A DNA stretch of 63,973 bases, the filler included, from Intoshia linei (Eukaryota > Animalia > Orthonectida): the NCBI GenBank assembly GCA_001642005.1. It is 6 parts of 6 records of this genome, joined end to end, with 100 filler letters (N's around TTAATTAATTAA, not from the genome) between each part and the next. Parts side by side here need not be neighbours in the genome. Positions count along the whole stretch, not along the records: positions 17,153 to 32,107 come from LWCA01000936.1; positions 32,208 to 52,026 come from LWCA01000709.1; 4 more parts are not named here. One strand, given 5' to 3'. The translations under genes were made by a program, and so were the position numbers. Positions 31,111 to 43,658 of the stretch are shown here, in pieces (positions within the stretch are counted from its first letter, which is position 1; every line of letters begins with the position of its first letter). The notes beneath the pieces are model-generated. The model saw only the letters and a list, made by a program, of their open reading frames with translations, ran no database searches and was not told the DNA's origin.

Positions 31111-31591
31111 TTAATGTCTCCTTATGAAAAATAACTACAGTCAAAATCTTATTTAACAAATGTTTTGTTTAAAGAATATTTCATTTAACGAACAGCAAAA
31201 TTTTATTTTCTATATAAATACCTAAATATCTGCTATTTAACGAATTTCTGATTAACGAACGCGTAAATTCAATGTTAATGTATTTTTTAAGACTTTTTCT
31301 AAATATTTTTATAGTTTTATGGCTTTTTAAATATAAAATCGACTTTTCTATTAAGTCATGGAATCTTTTTATATAATAAAATTTTAATTATTTATTTTAT
31401 AATATTCTACCTATATGTGATGACAATTATTGTCAAGATGACATTTTTGGAAAATATTTTCATCAACAACGATTCTGATAACATAAGAATTAGAAAATGA
31501 AACAAATAAAACTGAATTAATTGGTTTTTCGGATGCTATTTACCATCTTGAAAAATTATAACTCTTTTTCTATTCAATCAAATGGTAAAGA

Positions 31592-32107
31592 TCAGTGGCG
31601 AATCCAAGGGGATGCAAAAAGTGCAGTTGCACCCCCTAAATTTTAAAAACAAATTTAATTAATGTTTTGTAAAATAACAGAAAAAGATTTTAATTTATTA
31701 AAACAATATATATGGCTCATAATGGCACATCTACAGTGTTTATTTAATGATAAATATGATATATATAATGATGTAGATTCTACATAATCAATTACACTAG
31801 ACAACAAAAATAAACTTTTTGGTCTGATTATTTCAGTTGAAAGTGTGACGTCTCCGGAGCAGAACGACATTATTCACGATAATTAGTTGGATCGTTAACG
31901 TGTAGTAATTAACCAATTAATATGTTCATTTTCCAAGGAAACAATAAACACAGTTATTTAAATCGGCTATTTTTGTGCTTTTAGTTTATGTGTTTTCTGA
32001 AAAAATTAATTATGTTATTAAACTTTGTGTACTTAGTGTGAATAAGAAGAAATTTGATTTGAAAATTAATTAATTTAATAATTTTTTTTGAATTATTAGA
32101 CAAATAT
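31592..32107 (+). mobile_element. hAT-like element left end, cut by the gap
   Basis: CAGTGGCGAATCCAAGGGG...gttgcaccccc terminal motif typical of hAT elements. Confidence 0.5.
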
Positions 32108-33828
32108 NNNNNNNNNNNNNNNNNNNNNNNNNNNNNNNNNNNNNNNNNNNNTTAATTAATTAANNNNNNNNNNNNNNNNNNNNNNNNNNNNNNNNNNNNN
32201 NNNNNNNTTCTAGTGGACATACTAAAATGTTTTTAGTCATATTGATATAGTGGATAACCACAAAAATGAAACGACCCCGTATATAGAAAAAATAATTTCA
32301 GATGCTTATGCACATACTAAAAAATTAAATATTGGTATGTATTCATTTATTGTTTATATTATGATGTTTATGTGACGATACGAGTAATTAAAGGATTTCG
32401 ATAATAACCAAAAAACAAGAAAAAAGCCGTTTAAGATGGTATATTAAACCGAAACTTACGTAATTGTTCGTTGGAATGATTTCGATTATTTTGTTAAAAG
32501 TGAATCTGACTGCTCCATTGTATTATATGTTAATAGTAATAGAATTAAAAAAATTAACTAAATTTGTTTTTTATATATTTAAATGTCATGTTTAATTGTT
32601 TTAAATTTAAATTAAGTTTAAATTTCTGCTTATATTCCGATTAAGTGTTTTTGTTCTTAATTTCTTATATTTATTAAATTTTAAATCGATTCAAGATCAA
32701 TATAGTACCTACAAACCAAAATTAAGACTAAAAAACTGCAGAACTAACTAATATTACAAAATAAAAACATTTTATAGTGTAAACACCATAAAATTTTTTT
32801 CAGATAATACCTTATTTTCATATACGTGGTAAATAGTTTAACTTATAATGTCATACTGGTGTTTGTAAATGTTATATTTAAATTGAATTAATCTGCTTCT
32901 AACGTTCAAGGTTGACATATAAGAAAGTATACAATAAAGTTCATGATTATGATATTTAATCAATTTTTCAATTAAATAATTAGTTTAACACTTTAACACA
33001 AAAATTAAAATATTTATTTAAATCTATATTGATATAATTACATTATACGTTACGTCAACGTTAAAAATACGTTTTGCAACGACGATTTAGTACAGTGACT
33101 ATTATGACAGACTATAATCTAGAGAGGTACTCGGTTCGGATCACTTACATTTCAAATTTTTCAAACAAATGAACATACTGAATATTGAAGGACATGGATA
33201 GACAAACAGATTCCGACCACAGAAATGGGCGAGAGAGCAACAGTAAGGGTAGTAAGAGAAGAGACATTTTATTTTATTCAAAACAACAAATGTTCCAAAT
33301 TGAAGTTGTTCATTTCCAAATTGATCTCTCTGTGCGTAACATCTTGGTATGCAATAGTTATTATAACTATCAATATTGAAAATATATGATCCAAATCGAA
33401 TTATATTTAGTAGTATTGAAATTAACGTTACTCTATGACTACCGATTTATTTTATAGTAATATCTAAGAAATATTGCATAAGAGATAGTATTTATTCAAT
33501 CAAGGTGAAATAAATTCAATATAACAACAATATCTATTAACATCCGTCCAGCATGAATATTAATTACAATTTACTTGAACAATTATCAAAAAAAACTGAA
33601 AATAAAAATTTTGACATAAACATTTGATAGAATTAGAACATGTGATTGAACTCACAGAAGATTTTACAAGTATGTTTATCAATTTTTTTAGTCTGACATC
33701 TTATTCTTACAAGATCTCAACTTTACAAATCTTTATTTTCTACAGATGAAATAATAATTTTACACCATGGAATACAAAGTAATATATTTTAAAATATTAG
33801 CGAATAAAAAATTTAATTAATATTTTAG

Positions 33829-34100
33829 TGGTTATGTGTCAAACGGGGAAAAGAGGAAGATCGCTTAAAATGTGCACTCTAGACTCAGTAATAATTTTAT
33901 TGTATTGGCTAAAACACAGCCATGAATTTAAATTGATCGCCAAAATATTTGGATTTACGACCAATCTAATTCAACTGAGTATAGATCGAATTTTATGACT
34001 CCATTTTATGAATATTTGTCGCAAAAATGGTGGAATCATAGAAAGCGCCTAATAGCCATGAAAGAAAATTATCCTTATTTGGCTTTAGCTACAAACATGT
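33829..34100 (+). mobile_element. PIF/Harbinger (IS5-like) transposase fragment
   Basis: KRGRSLKMCTLDSVIILLYWLKH...IAKIFG resembles HTH_Tnp_4. After a frameshift, YPYLALATN corresponds to the first catalytic-D motif with D replaced by N. Confidence 0.5.
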
Positions 34101-34239
34101 GCTCTTGCCAATTTTTGATTATCAATAGTTAATGCAATAGATAGTGTTGTTGAGGAAAACATCCAAAAATTACTCTAGTATTCAACAATAATTTTAGAAT
34201 TAAATACAAAGAATATTATAATTTAATATTGGATTTAAA

Positions 34240-34912
34240 AAATATATGGTCACCTCTAAAGAGCTGTTCGTCATGTTATTTTGCCATTGTGAAGGACAAC
34301 TTTCGTTTACTGTTCCTCGATTGTGGTTAAAACCGCTAAATGAATGTGATTGTTATTTTTGTACTGTAATAGCTTTGAAATGCAATCAAATTAGATTGCC
34401 TGTTACGAATATCCCAATTTGGTATCCTTCTTTCAAACCCATAAAAATTGTATCGCAAAATATATATTTTTCTCAAAAAAGTAAATCTATTGATTCTGTT
34501 TAATCATATGCTCCGCCAACAGAGGCTAAACTGATAAAATTTAATGATCATGAATTAAATAAACTAGTGGTTAAATTAGGTTTACCAAAAATATAATCAG
34601 AATTTCTGTCTAATACCCTAAAAAAACGTAAACTTACAAATAAAAATGTCAATTCAACTTAGCATCGCGAAACTTTAAATTTGCAACATATTACACGCCT
34701 GATAATAATATTATTTATGTCACAGATATATTTGTTAAAATCTATCGGAATACAATACAGAAGTGAATCATGGTATTTGTTCATAGATTGTTCTACTAGA
34801 AGCTTTAAATGTGTAATTATTGACTCATCTAAAAAGTATCCATCCATACCCTTGGCCTATGGTAGAAAAGTCGCTTAATCATATGATTTAATTAAACGAG
34901 TTATATCATTAA
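34240..34912 (+). mobile_element. Chapaev3-like (CMC) transposase relic
   Basis: PRLWLKPLNECDCYFC and SWYLFIDCSTRSFKCVII...KYPSIPLAY resemble the PxxWREP..DCYFC and WRLFIDSSKxSLKxVL motifs. Stops present. Superfamily assignment is from memory. Confidence 0.6.
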
Positions 34913-35077
34913 CCACTTAGTGACCGACGCCTTTTATGCTTGGTCAAACATTATGATTTTCGAAATGTGTTATTTAAATATGCATATTTAATAAGGTACA
35001 AAATGTTTAAGGTTTTGAGATACTAGAAGTGGATAAACTGGCAATGATTACATATGTAGTCGTTGGCCGCTAACCGG
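34913..35077. mobile_element. piggyBac-like MITE
   Basis: TTAA|CCACTTAGTGACCGACG at left; right end reverse complement CCGGTTAGCGGCCAACG. The right TTAA is not preserved. Confidence 0.5.
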
Positions 35078-35989
35078 AAAACAACATTAATAAGTCAAAA
35101 ATATTTCAATAGTTCGGTAAATGACTTTAGTTATATATCTTGATATTCATTATAACTAAAAATTAAAATTTAACCAATAAGATTAATTGTCAATAACAAC
35201 AGCTATTTAAAACAAGACAGAGTAAATATATTTTTAAATTATTTGCAATGTAATGTAGTAAGAAATAAATTAAAAAACAGAAAATAAATTAATGTATGAA
35301 TCTAGAATTGTGCTAACTTTGATTTTTTTTTATATTAAAAAAAAAAGAAGAGGACGTCCGAAAAGAGCCACAAAAGCTTTCATTGTAGATAAATAGTAAA
35401 AAGTAGTAAATTTACTGTTCTCCTCTTCTTATTTATATATAATTTTATAGTACATGTAACGATTGGCAGATAAGAACTCTAATAAATTCATCTTAAATAA
35501 AAAGATGTCCAAATCTCGATTTAAACCTAGCCACGCAGAATACAATTATATGACTATAACCACTCTGCAAATTAGACATCACAACTGAGTTATATCAAAA
35601 GTATATATTCGAATCTTGATTAGTATGATAGCGATATATCACTACGTACACATGCGATTTAATTTGACTTTTCAATCATCTATTTTGATTTAAATTCAAT
35701 TTCATTTTCATAAAAATATCTTTATTTTGACTCGTCTGAATTTGATCGTCCATAGGAAATGTGAATAAAAAAATAAAATTTGATGAATTTATGAAACTAA
35801 ACAAGTTTAAAATACCAAAAGATATATATAATTTATCATTTCCATATCTTCTTTTAACAGTAACCCTTACAAATGGAGCTTCTCAAGAGATTGGTTAGGT
35901 TGAAGTGAAAACAATGAATCCTTATATTGTGCACCAGTGGCTACTCGTGCAAAGCCCGAATTAGGATTTTATATTTTTCAAAATAATAT

Positions 35990-36875
35990 ATAGAAAGGTT
36001 CAAATATCCACTGCATTGCTGCGATGTCTGTAAGTAGAATATTCAACTTTAAGACTCACCGTGTCTCATTTAAAAGTGATGATTGCAATGACTGGTTAAG
36101 AAGTTTGATAGATCAGTGTACCGAAATGGGGGTAATCTCACCTATATTTGTCATAGACAATGCTTCTCTTCACAGCAAACTTGAATCTGAGATACGCATC
36201 AGTGAAGATGCTGAAAGTATACGCTTAGCCCTTTATTCATATTTGCTAAATCCAATCCAATTGCATTAAGTTGTTTTAAAAACGAGGTTAAAATTAAGCT
36301 TAGGGATGAAATGCCTCAGAGATGATAACATAGGAGAATAAATAGTGTATCAATTTGTGAATTTCGTATGCGAATATTTGCTAATGAAGCAATACATGTC
36401 CTTACCTCACTAAAATTAATTCACTCTCCAATCACGTGGAGTGATACTATGGTGCTGTAAGCCGCGGTGACCATCTTCATGAATGATTTTATAACATTAT
36501 ATTTTGTATATTATACAATAAACATTTATTTATAATTAAATTTTAAGTTTCTAAAGTTGTGAAAATAAATTTCAGTTTAGCGAAATTGGATTGTAAATAA
36601 TATAGAAAATAAATTAAAACGAGTTCAATACATATAAAGTTTATTGTTGGCGAGAGCTAACGGCAGAACGATTATATGGATTGATGAGTCTAATTTTAAT
36701 TTATTTTGTAGACGGAAAGAGGGTAGATCTAAGGTTGGATCCAGAGCTATATTAATTACTGCAAGTTCTAAGGGATCGAATTTACATTGTATCGCGGCAA
36801 TGTCGTCGATTAGAATGTACAATTTCAAAACTCACCGAGGATCTTTTAAATTAGATGATTGTAATAACTGGTTAT
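35990..36875 (+). mobile_element. Two partial IS630/Tc1-like transposase copies in tandem
   Basis: Copy A (35990-36485): HCIAAMS...FVIDNASLH...YSYLLNPIQ. Copy B (36644-36875): IWIDESNFNL...HCIAAMS...DDCNNWL, ending in a TA-rich microsatellite. Confidence 0.8.
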
Positions 36876-37096
36876 ATATGTATATATATACATGTACATA
36901 TACATATATATACTGGTCAATATTTCGTATAAATAAAAAAATAACGCGCTTACAGTAAATATTCGTACAAATACAGTGATTTATAATAAAGTCACAATAA
37001 AAACGACATTATTTATGAAACGAGCTAATAAATAACAATACCGCGTTTAACATTTAAATAACATTTAATTTTTTTTCAGCTATTTTCTACTTATTA

Positions 37097-38963
37097 TGCC
37101 ACCAAAGTATTCATCAGCAAATTGCGAAGAAATATAATTAAAACGTCATTTAATTTCAACATTTAGCACTTAATTTATTTAAAATAGAACTTATTTCACT
37201 TAGCAATTGAATAATATAAAGCGTCAATTAATTTAGATTTTTGCATCAATAAAATAAACTTTTTTATAACTTATTATATTTGTATTATCGTATAATTATC
37301 GTATGCTTTCTGATTGTTCAAATTACGATTTATCACCAGATAGAGAAAGAGAGGACCTGACGCATGTCCAGCTACTAAATATTTGTTGTACCACTCTGAA
37401 AATATGGATGTATCAATATATGACTCAATTTGTGAGCATAAACATATTAAACCACAATTAGGTTTAACAAATAAATTGAAAGACATTATTTCTAATTTAT
37501 TTAACGAAGAAAGTAAAAAACCTCATCAAATAATCAGGATTTTAGAATCAAGAAATATTGTATTACCCATTAAATCTCAAATCGTAAATTTTCTTCATAT
37601 TCTGATAAAAACAAAATTTGGTCCATACGATATAAATTTAAGTCATGTCAACCAATTCTGTGTATCTAATACCAAGATACCTGAAAAATGTGATGTTCCT
37701 TATATGTTGTGAATTATCAAACAAATAATAATAATATTAGAATATTTTTTTCTACACCCCGACTTTTAAAATTGATGAACAATTCTCATTTCCTTCAAAC
37801 TGACGCAACGTACAAGATGATTTATCAAAGGTATCCAGTATTAATGATAGGTAGAAGTGATATAAATCGAAAGTTTCACCCTGGCGGTATTGCGATCACA
37901 ACAGATAAAAAATCAGATGATTTTAAATTTTTATTCCAATCATTGATTAAGGGAGTTGTGACAATAATGGTTTAATGGATCCAATGGTTTTAGTAGCGGA
38001 TAGTTCTACAGCAATTACAAAAGCATTTGAAGAAGTTTTCATTATTGAAAAAATAATATATTGTTTTTTCCATATGATAAAAGCTATCACGAAGCATACT
38101 AGCTTTTGCGCTATACCTAAATGTGACAGAATGGAACTTCGTCGAGATATAAATTTTCTTCAAATTTCTTCGTCGGTTGATATCTACAACGTCGCAAAGA
38201 ATTTATTTTTGACAAAGTGGAATCAGTACTTTGTTGTTTTTTGTTCACACAATTTTGTCAGTATTTTATTAAACAATGGATTTGCAAAATCTGGTATGAG
38301 GGCGCAGTTTTACATATTCCATCAACAAACAATTCTCTAGAGGCCACTAATGGTGTAATTAAACGACAAATGACCGTTAGGGAGCACATTCCACTGAATC
38401 AATTTTTTAGTGTAATATGTAAGGACATTTTATTGATTTGGTCTCTAGATACGAAACGTAATTATTTATTTGTTTAAACATAATATAGAACATTTAATCA
38501 ATATATTCATTTTTTAGAATATCTCCAATATTCAAGTAATTCCAAATTAGAAACTAAAAAATGGACTAATACTTATTCATGGGCCAAAGAAAATCAACTA
38601 GTCCGCATAAAAACATTAACCAATGATGTGACTAAATGTTATATAATTTCTGATATGAAAAATGTTGATTTGGATTACGAAATTAACACATATCAAGCTA
38701 AATCCTGGAAAAATTTCAATCATTTCAAGGAAAGCATATCATTGGTTATTGTGGTAATTATAAATAAATTAAAATGGGAAAAAGCCACATGTACTTGTTC
38801 AACTTATCTGAAATGTTATACCAGCAAACACAGTTTGGATATGGCAATTAGATTGAAGTGTGATGAATGTGTCGTTCCTATTGAAGCTAAACTTTTACCT
38901 TTACGTCAAAAAAGAAAAAGAGGACGACCCAGTCTTGTCAAAGAAGCATTATATTATCAATAA
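37097..38963 (+). mobile_element. Mutator (MULE) transposase pseudogene with SWIM finger and AT-hook
   Basis: FLQTDATYK, LVADSSTAI, YCFFH, STNNSLEATN, CTCSTYLKCYTSKH and RKRGRP across frameshifted ORFs. Confidence 0.9.
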
Positions 38964-38998
38964 TTATTATTATGTTAATATTGAGACATTGTATAATA

Positions 38999-39252
38999 CA
39001 GTCATGTCAAACTCAAATCCTCGGCGGGCCGCATTATTTGTCAAAATTTTCCGGCGGCCGCATCTTAATTTTTTTACAGATTAAGGGTAGGTTATACGGG
39101 AATTTTTATTTAACCTAAGTTTTAGGAAATTTTGTGAAAGGTAACGTTTTTGAGTCAGAGTCGCCACTGATTGTATATAATATATACAAAGTCGTGCGAG
39201 CCGCACATAAATTTGAAACCGAAACGTGCGGGCCGCAAGTTTGACATGCCTG
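38999..39252. mobile_element. hAT MITE
   Basis: 15-bp TIRs CAG(T/G)CATGTCAAACT with a perfect 8-bp target duplication GTATAATA. Confidence 0.93.
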
Positions 39253-39699
39253 GTATAATATATACTACATTACAGTATACTTACGTACTGTATATGAATT
39301 TATTATATTGTATTTGTTTAGAATCATTGCTTACAGACGATAATTACATGATAATATTAATTGTATAATACATTTTTACTTATTACGAAAAAATGTTTAA
39401 AAACGAAAAAAAAAACACCGATTTAAATGCATTGGAATAAGGATTGTTAAAAAATTACAATGTGTTAATGTTAGAATTAATGTAATAGTTGATACATCTC
39501 CAAATAAACTACTTAAATAAAATTAATTGTTAAAATTCAATAATTAATTGACGTTATAAAGTAATGTTATATTTCTTTAAATAAGTGCTAAATTTATTTA
39601 TCATGTGACACTTCCACTATTCAGATGCTAATTTAAAGTATTGCCATAGTCTCTATTTAAGTGCTAAATGTTGGAATTTAAATGACGCGTTAAATCATA

Positions 39700-40557
39700 G
39701 TCAAAAAATAACTTTTTAATTAGTATAAATTTAATTTTATAAATACGTTGCTGTAGTGTCATAATTAAATTAAAATTTAAAAATTGCGTAGCAATGAAAA
39801 AAATTCCGAAGAAATGAATAATATAGATTTTCATCAATATTTCTTTATTGAAAATGTGTAAAGGTTCAATGCACATTTTTTTAAAATTGTAGGATCAATA
39901 TTTACATTTTTAATTTTAATCGAAATATTTGAAAAATATTGGTTGATAATATATTAAAAATTATTTTTCACCAGGAATTTCTGGAGTTGAAATTTTGTAT
40001 TTATATCAACTGAAATAAGCTCTACCAGAATAATCTTTTTTTTTATATTATCGGAAGGTTAATTATTTCATATTTTTTGTTTTAATAAAATATTTCGGAA
40101 AAAAAATATATGACCTTTAATTATTTCACATTTTTTGTTTTAATAAAATATTTCGGAAAAAAAATATATGAAAATCAAAATGCTTTTTTGACCGTGAAGT
40201 CGTCACTTATTCGAATTGAAATTTTTTATGTGTGTTAACATAATACAACTGTCCACCTGTAAATTTTTTGAAAATCTAAGGCTGTTTTCATTAAAAAAAG
40301 AAGGGGGATTTGTGGTTTTAGCCCTAAATATATAATTTTTTTAAATTCTCCGACTCGTTTGATTTTCAAAAAGAAGGACAACAGGGGTTTTTGATACTTA
40401 AGATGTGAAATTGGGATGTAAAAATTTATCTTATTATACGTCCCGGAAACAACTGTAATTGAAATGTGGTCTTTAAAAAATTCTATAAGTGCTAGTTATT
40501 TCATTAAAGTCAGACACACACACTAACAAAAATCGCGTCGCATTTTATATAAGTTAT
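39700..40557 (-). mobile_element. Helitron copy with an internal ~59-bp tandem duplication (~40058-40172)
   Basis: Colinear and highly similar to 17153-17908. Confidence 0.8.
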
Positions 40558-40705
40558 ACTCTTAACAAAGTAAGTAAGTTACAAAGTGTCATTTTTCCTT
40601 GTAAATTACTTTCGCATTAATTAAAATAAGTGTTTGAGGACACGGATTTACATTTATAAATAGTTTAAATTAAATTACAAATTAAAATTAAATTTTTAAA
40701 TAATA

Positions 40706-41514
40706 TTAATAAAAATTACCCATTGGATGAATGAATCTAGAGACACCATACGGAATAGAGTCAAAATTATTTTGAGGAAATTTAATTAAAATATCTGGAG
40801 TAAAACTAAGCAAATTAGATTTTCCAACAGTTCTTCGATAACAAATAAACATTTTGGGTTGAAATAGAGAATTTTTAATATTTCTATTGATCATGGTATA
40901 AGTTTGAGGTAGCTGCTCTCCTTTATCTGGTAGAATGATGACTATATCTGTAATAACATGGAAATTTGAGGAATCAGAATAACAAGATTTACTAGAGAAT
41001 TGGAAAGGTTTCTCATGTTGAGATAAATCATATTCTGAAGAATAAGATTTCTTTTTATAAGTAATATAGCTACGTTTTCTGTCATTATCAATAATATTGG
41101 CAGCATAACGCTTCGGTGTAGTGTATATAATTTTAACATCATCACCTGGAGGAGTAGAATTTTCTGTATAGATTCTAAAATTTTATGTAATTGGAAATTA
41201 TATAATTCCAAATTAAAAATTTACCCCATATCGATGATAGGCTCATGTGTGGGTTCATTCTTGTAAGCCAGATATATTTTCCTTGATCCAAACATTTCAT
41301 TGCTTAAATTAGCATCATATCCGCTGATTGTTTTATCGACCAGTGTGTACCCGTCCTTAATAGTTTCATTAGATTTGTCAAAAATGACAATTTCCGAAAT
41401 AGCTCTCTTGTAACAAAAAGACGTGTCGAATTCGGACAATCTCGGAGCATTTACATTGTCAATACCTGACACTAAAAAATAATCTGTGATGCTACTCGAT
41501 TTTTTCATTTTCAT
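40706..41514 (-). CDS. DENND4: DENND4/Crag-like Rab GEF, N-terminal MABP + uDENN part only (exons 41514-41225 and 41174-40720/40706)
   Basis: DYFLVSG, IYLAYK...PIIDMGI, TPKRYAANI, ITDIVIILPDKGEQLPQTY, MFICYRR and VSRFIHPMG follow DENND4 colinearly. Confidence 0.85.
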
Positions 41515-41767
41515 TATTTACAATTTGATAGTAACCTTAACAATTTGAAAATTAAAACTTACATTTGATAATGATTAAAAATAGATAAGCAATACCTTAA
41601 TAATCATATAAATTAGAAATATCAATATCCAAGTTGGCTACAGTGCAATTCAATTTGATCAATAAATTATATTTATAGTTTTTTTCGATAAACGCATGTG
41701 ATTTGAATACAATTTTTTCTAAAATAAAATCAACTTTAGTTATCAATAAATTATAAAATTGTACCTC

Positions 41768-43612
41768 ATGGCCACTGAAAAAGCAAAGCCACTCAAAATC
41801 TCAACGTTAGATATACAGACCGTTTATCAATTGACAAATCAAACTCAGCGTGTAAATTTTTAGTTTTCGGTCTGATTCATTGTACCGTTTATTTATGATT
41901 CATGGATTTATAATATTTAACTTTGTTTAGGAAATTGAATTTTTTAATCAATCTATAATTGCTCTCAGATCTGCAGCTGATAAACTTGCAAATTCAAAAA
42001 ATCTCCTCAAAGATATACACATTTCTTTAACGAGAAAAACTAGCTATTTGCCTATTGATGAATCTGTAATTTTTTTCAACGGTTTGTGGGATTTTTCACT
42101 GAGAAAATATTGATGCCATTATGACATGGATATCCAGGATTCCAGAATGGCAGCAGCATTAGTGGTACCTTATTAATTACCATTTTTGTTGGTATAAAAA
42201 CAAACATGGTCCTTGATGCGATTCACAATTGTTACAAAATGAATTACAGTCAGACCTGTATATATTGAACACTAACATAGAAAAAATAACGATGTTCATT
42301 ATAGAGTTTATATTGTTGAAAAATAAATTTATATTCATGAGAAACTGTGTATACAAAAATAGAATATTACCTTCATTTTGAAAGGTGTTCATCGTTCATT
42401 ACCGTATTGTTCACTATACTTCCATATAAAGTGGATTTTTTGTTAACAAAATAATTTTTAATGTTCACTCTACAAAATGTTCACTATATACAGGTCTGAC
42501 TGTATATTTAATTTGAATTTAACAGATTGAAATTATTTGTGTGTATTAGCTGAATATAACAGTATCAGATGCAATTTTTTTTAATTCCTAACACTATTGT
42601 CATTTTTTAAAAAAGAGTAAACTGGAATTTTGGTCATAAAAATAGACTTTTTTCTGTTTGCTAATGATGATTTTAAAAACTGTCCCACAATTTATCCTTA
42701 CTTATTTAAAATGCTCAGTCTGTGTGTGTTATCGTTTATTTCAATAACTACGAATCTTAGAATTTTATAAACTCCACATTTCTATTACAGTTTTTCTGGG
42801 TGAATCATCTGAAAATCACATTGTACGGGTCAAAAAACGCAATTTTTTTTTTTTTAAAATCAAACAAGTTTGAGAATTTAAAAAAATATCTAAATTGAAA
42901 TTTATCATATTGTTGATGATTTTAAAATTTTTATCAGATTGTAAATGGGGGCGATTTTAAAAAAATATATGTGAATTATGGCTTAGGGGTCGATTCTAAA
43001 AAAGGTAAGAACCCCTGATGTATTATTGTATACTGAGTAGTACGCAGTGCATACATAAATAAAACAACATACACGTAATTTATCTGATTCTCGCTGTTTT
43101 AGATTTAAATATTTGTTAATTATAAAATTTTCACGACATTTAAAATTTTTAACCTTTCTGTCAAAAAGATTTTTTGAATCTAATAATTTTGATACTTTTG
43201 TGATATGTTGCGGCCTTGGACTGTAAATGGCACAAGATATTTTGATTTTCTAATACTTACACATTTTTATGTAATTATTTAGGTATACTGCAAAGGTAAA
43301 ATAAGCAACTACGAATTAGTGTCTATAGATATTGGAGCTGGATTTTTTGTTGAAATGGTACTAATGTTTTACCCCATTATAATTTTATAATGATTTTAGC
43401 CCATAAAACAAGCTGAAGACTACTTTCAACGTAAATTTAATTTTATACAAAAAGAAATTAAAATTGTAACAAACAGACTACCGGATAAGGAAGCATTGTA
43501 TAGAGGTATAAAAAATAATTTGAATTATAATAAATAAGGATGTGTAAATGAACTAAAGAAACGAGAATCGAATCCAACGAAAACACAAGCAGAAGAATCT
43601 GATGAGGAATGA
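41768..43612 (+). CDS. PFDN5: Prefoldin subunit 5 (alpha class), 5 exons
   Basis: LDIQTVYQL...EIEFFNQSI, LPIDES|VYCKGKI...VSIDIGAGFFVEM and AEDYFQRK. Stop TGA at 43610-43612. Confidence 0.9.
42247..42502. mobile_element. pogo/Tigger-type MITE in a PFDN5 intron
   Basis: 24/25-bp TIRs CAGTCAGACCTGTATATA(T/G)TGAACA with TA on both flanks. Confidence 0.9.
42694..42890 (+). mobile_element. Helitron 5' fragment in a PFDN5 intron
   Basis: a|tccttacttatttaaaatgct...aataactacgaatcttagaattttataa. Confidence 0.7.
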
Positions 43613-43658
43613 ATATATAATAGTAAAATATAAAAATTTATGTACAATTCATTAAACT

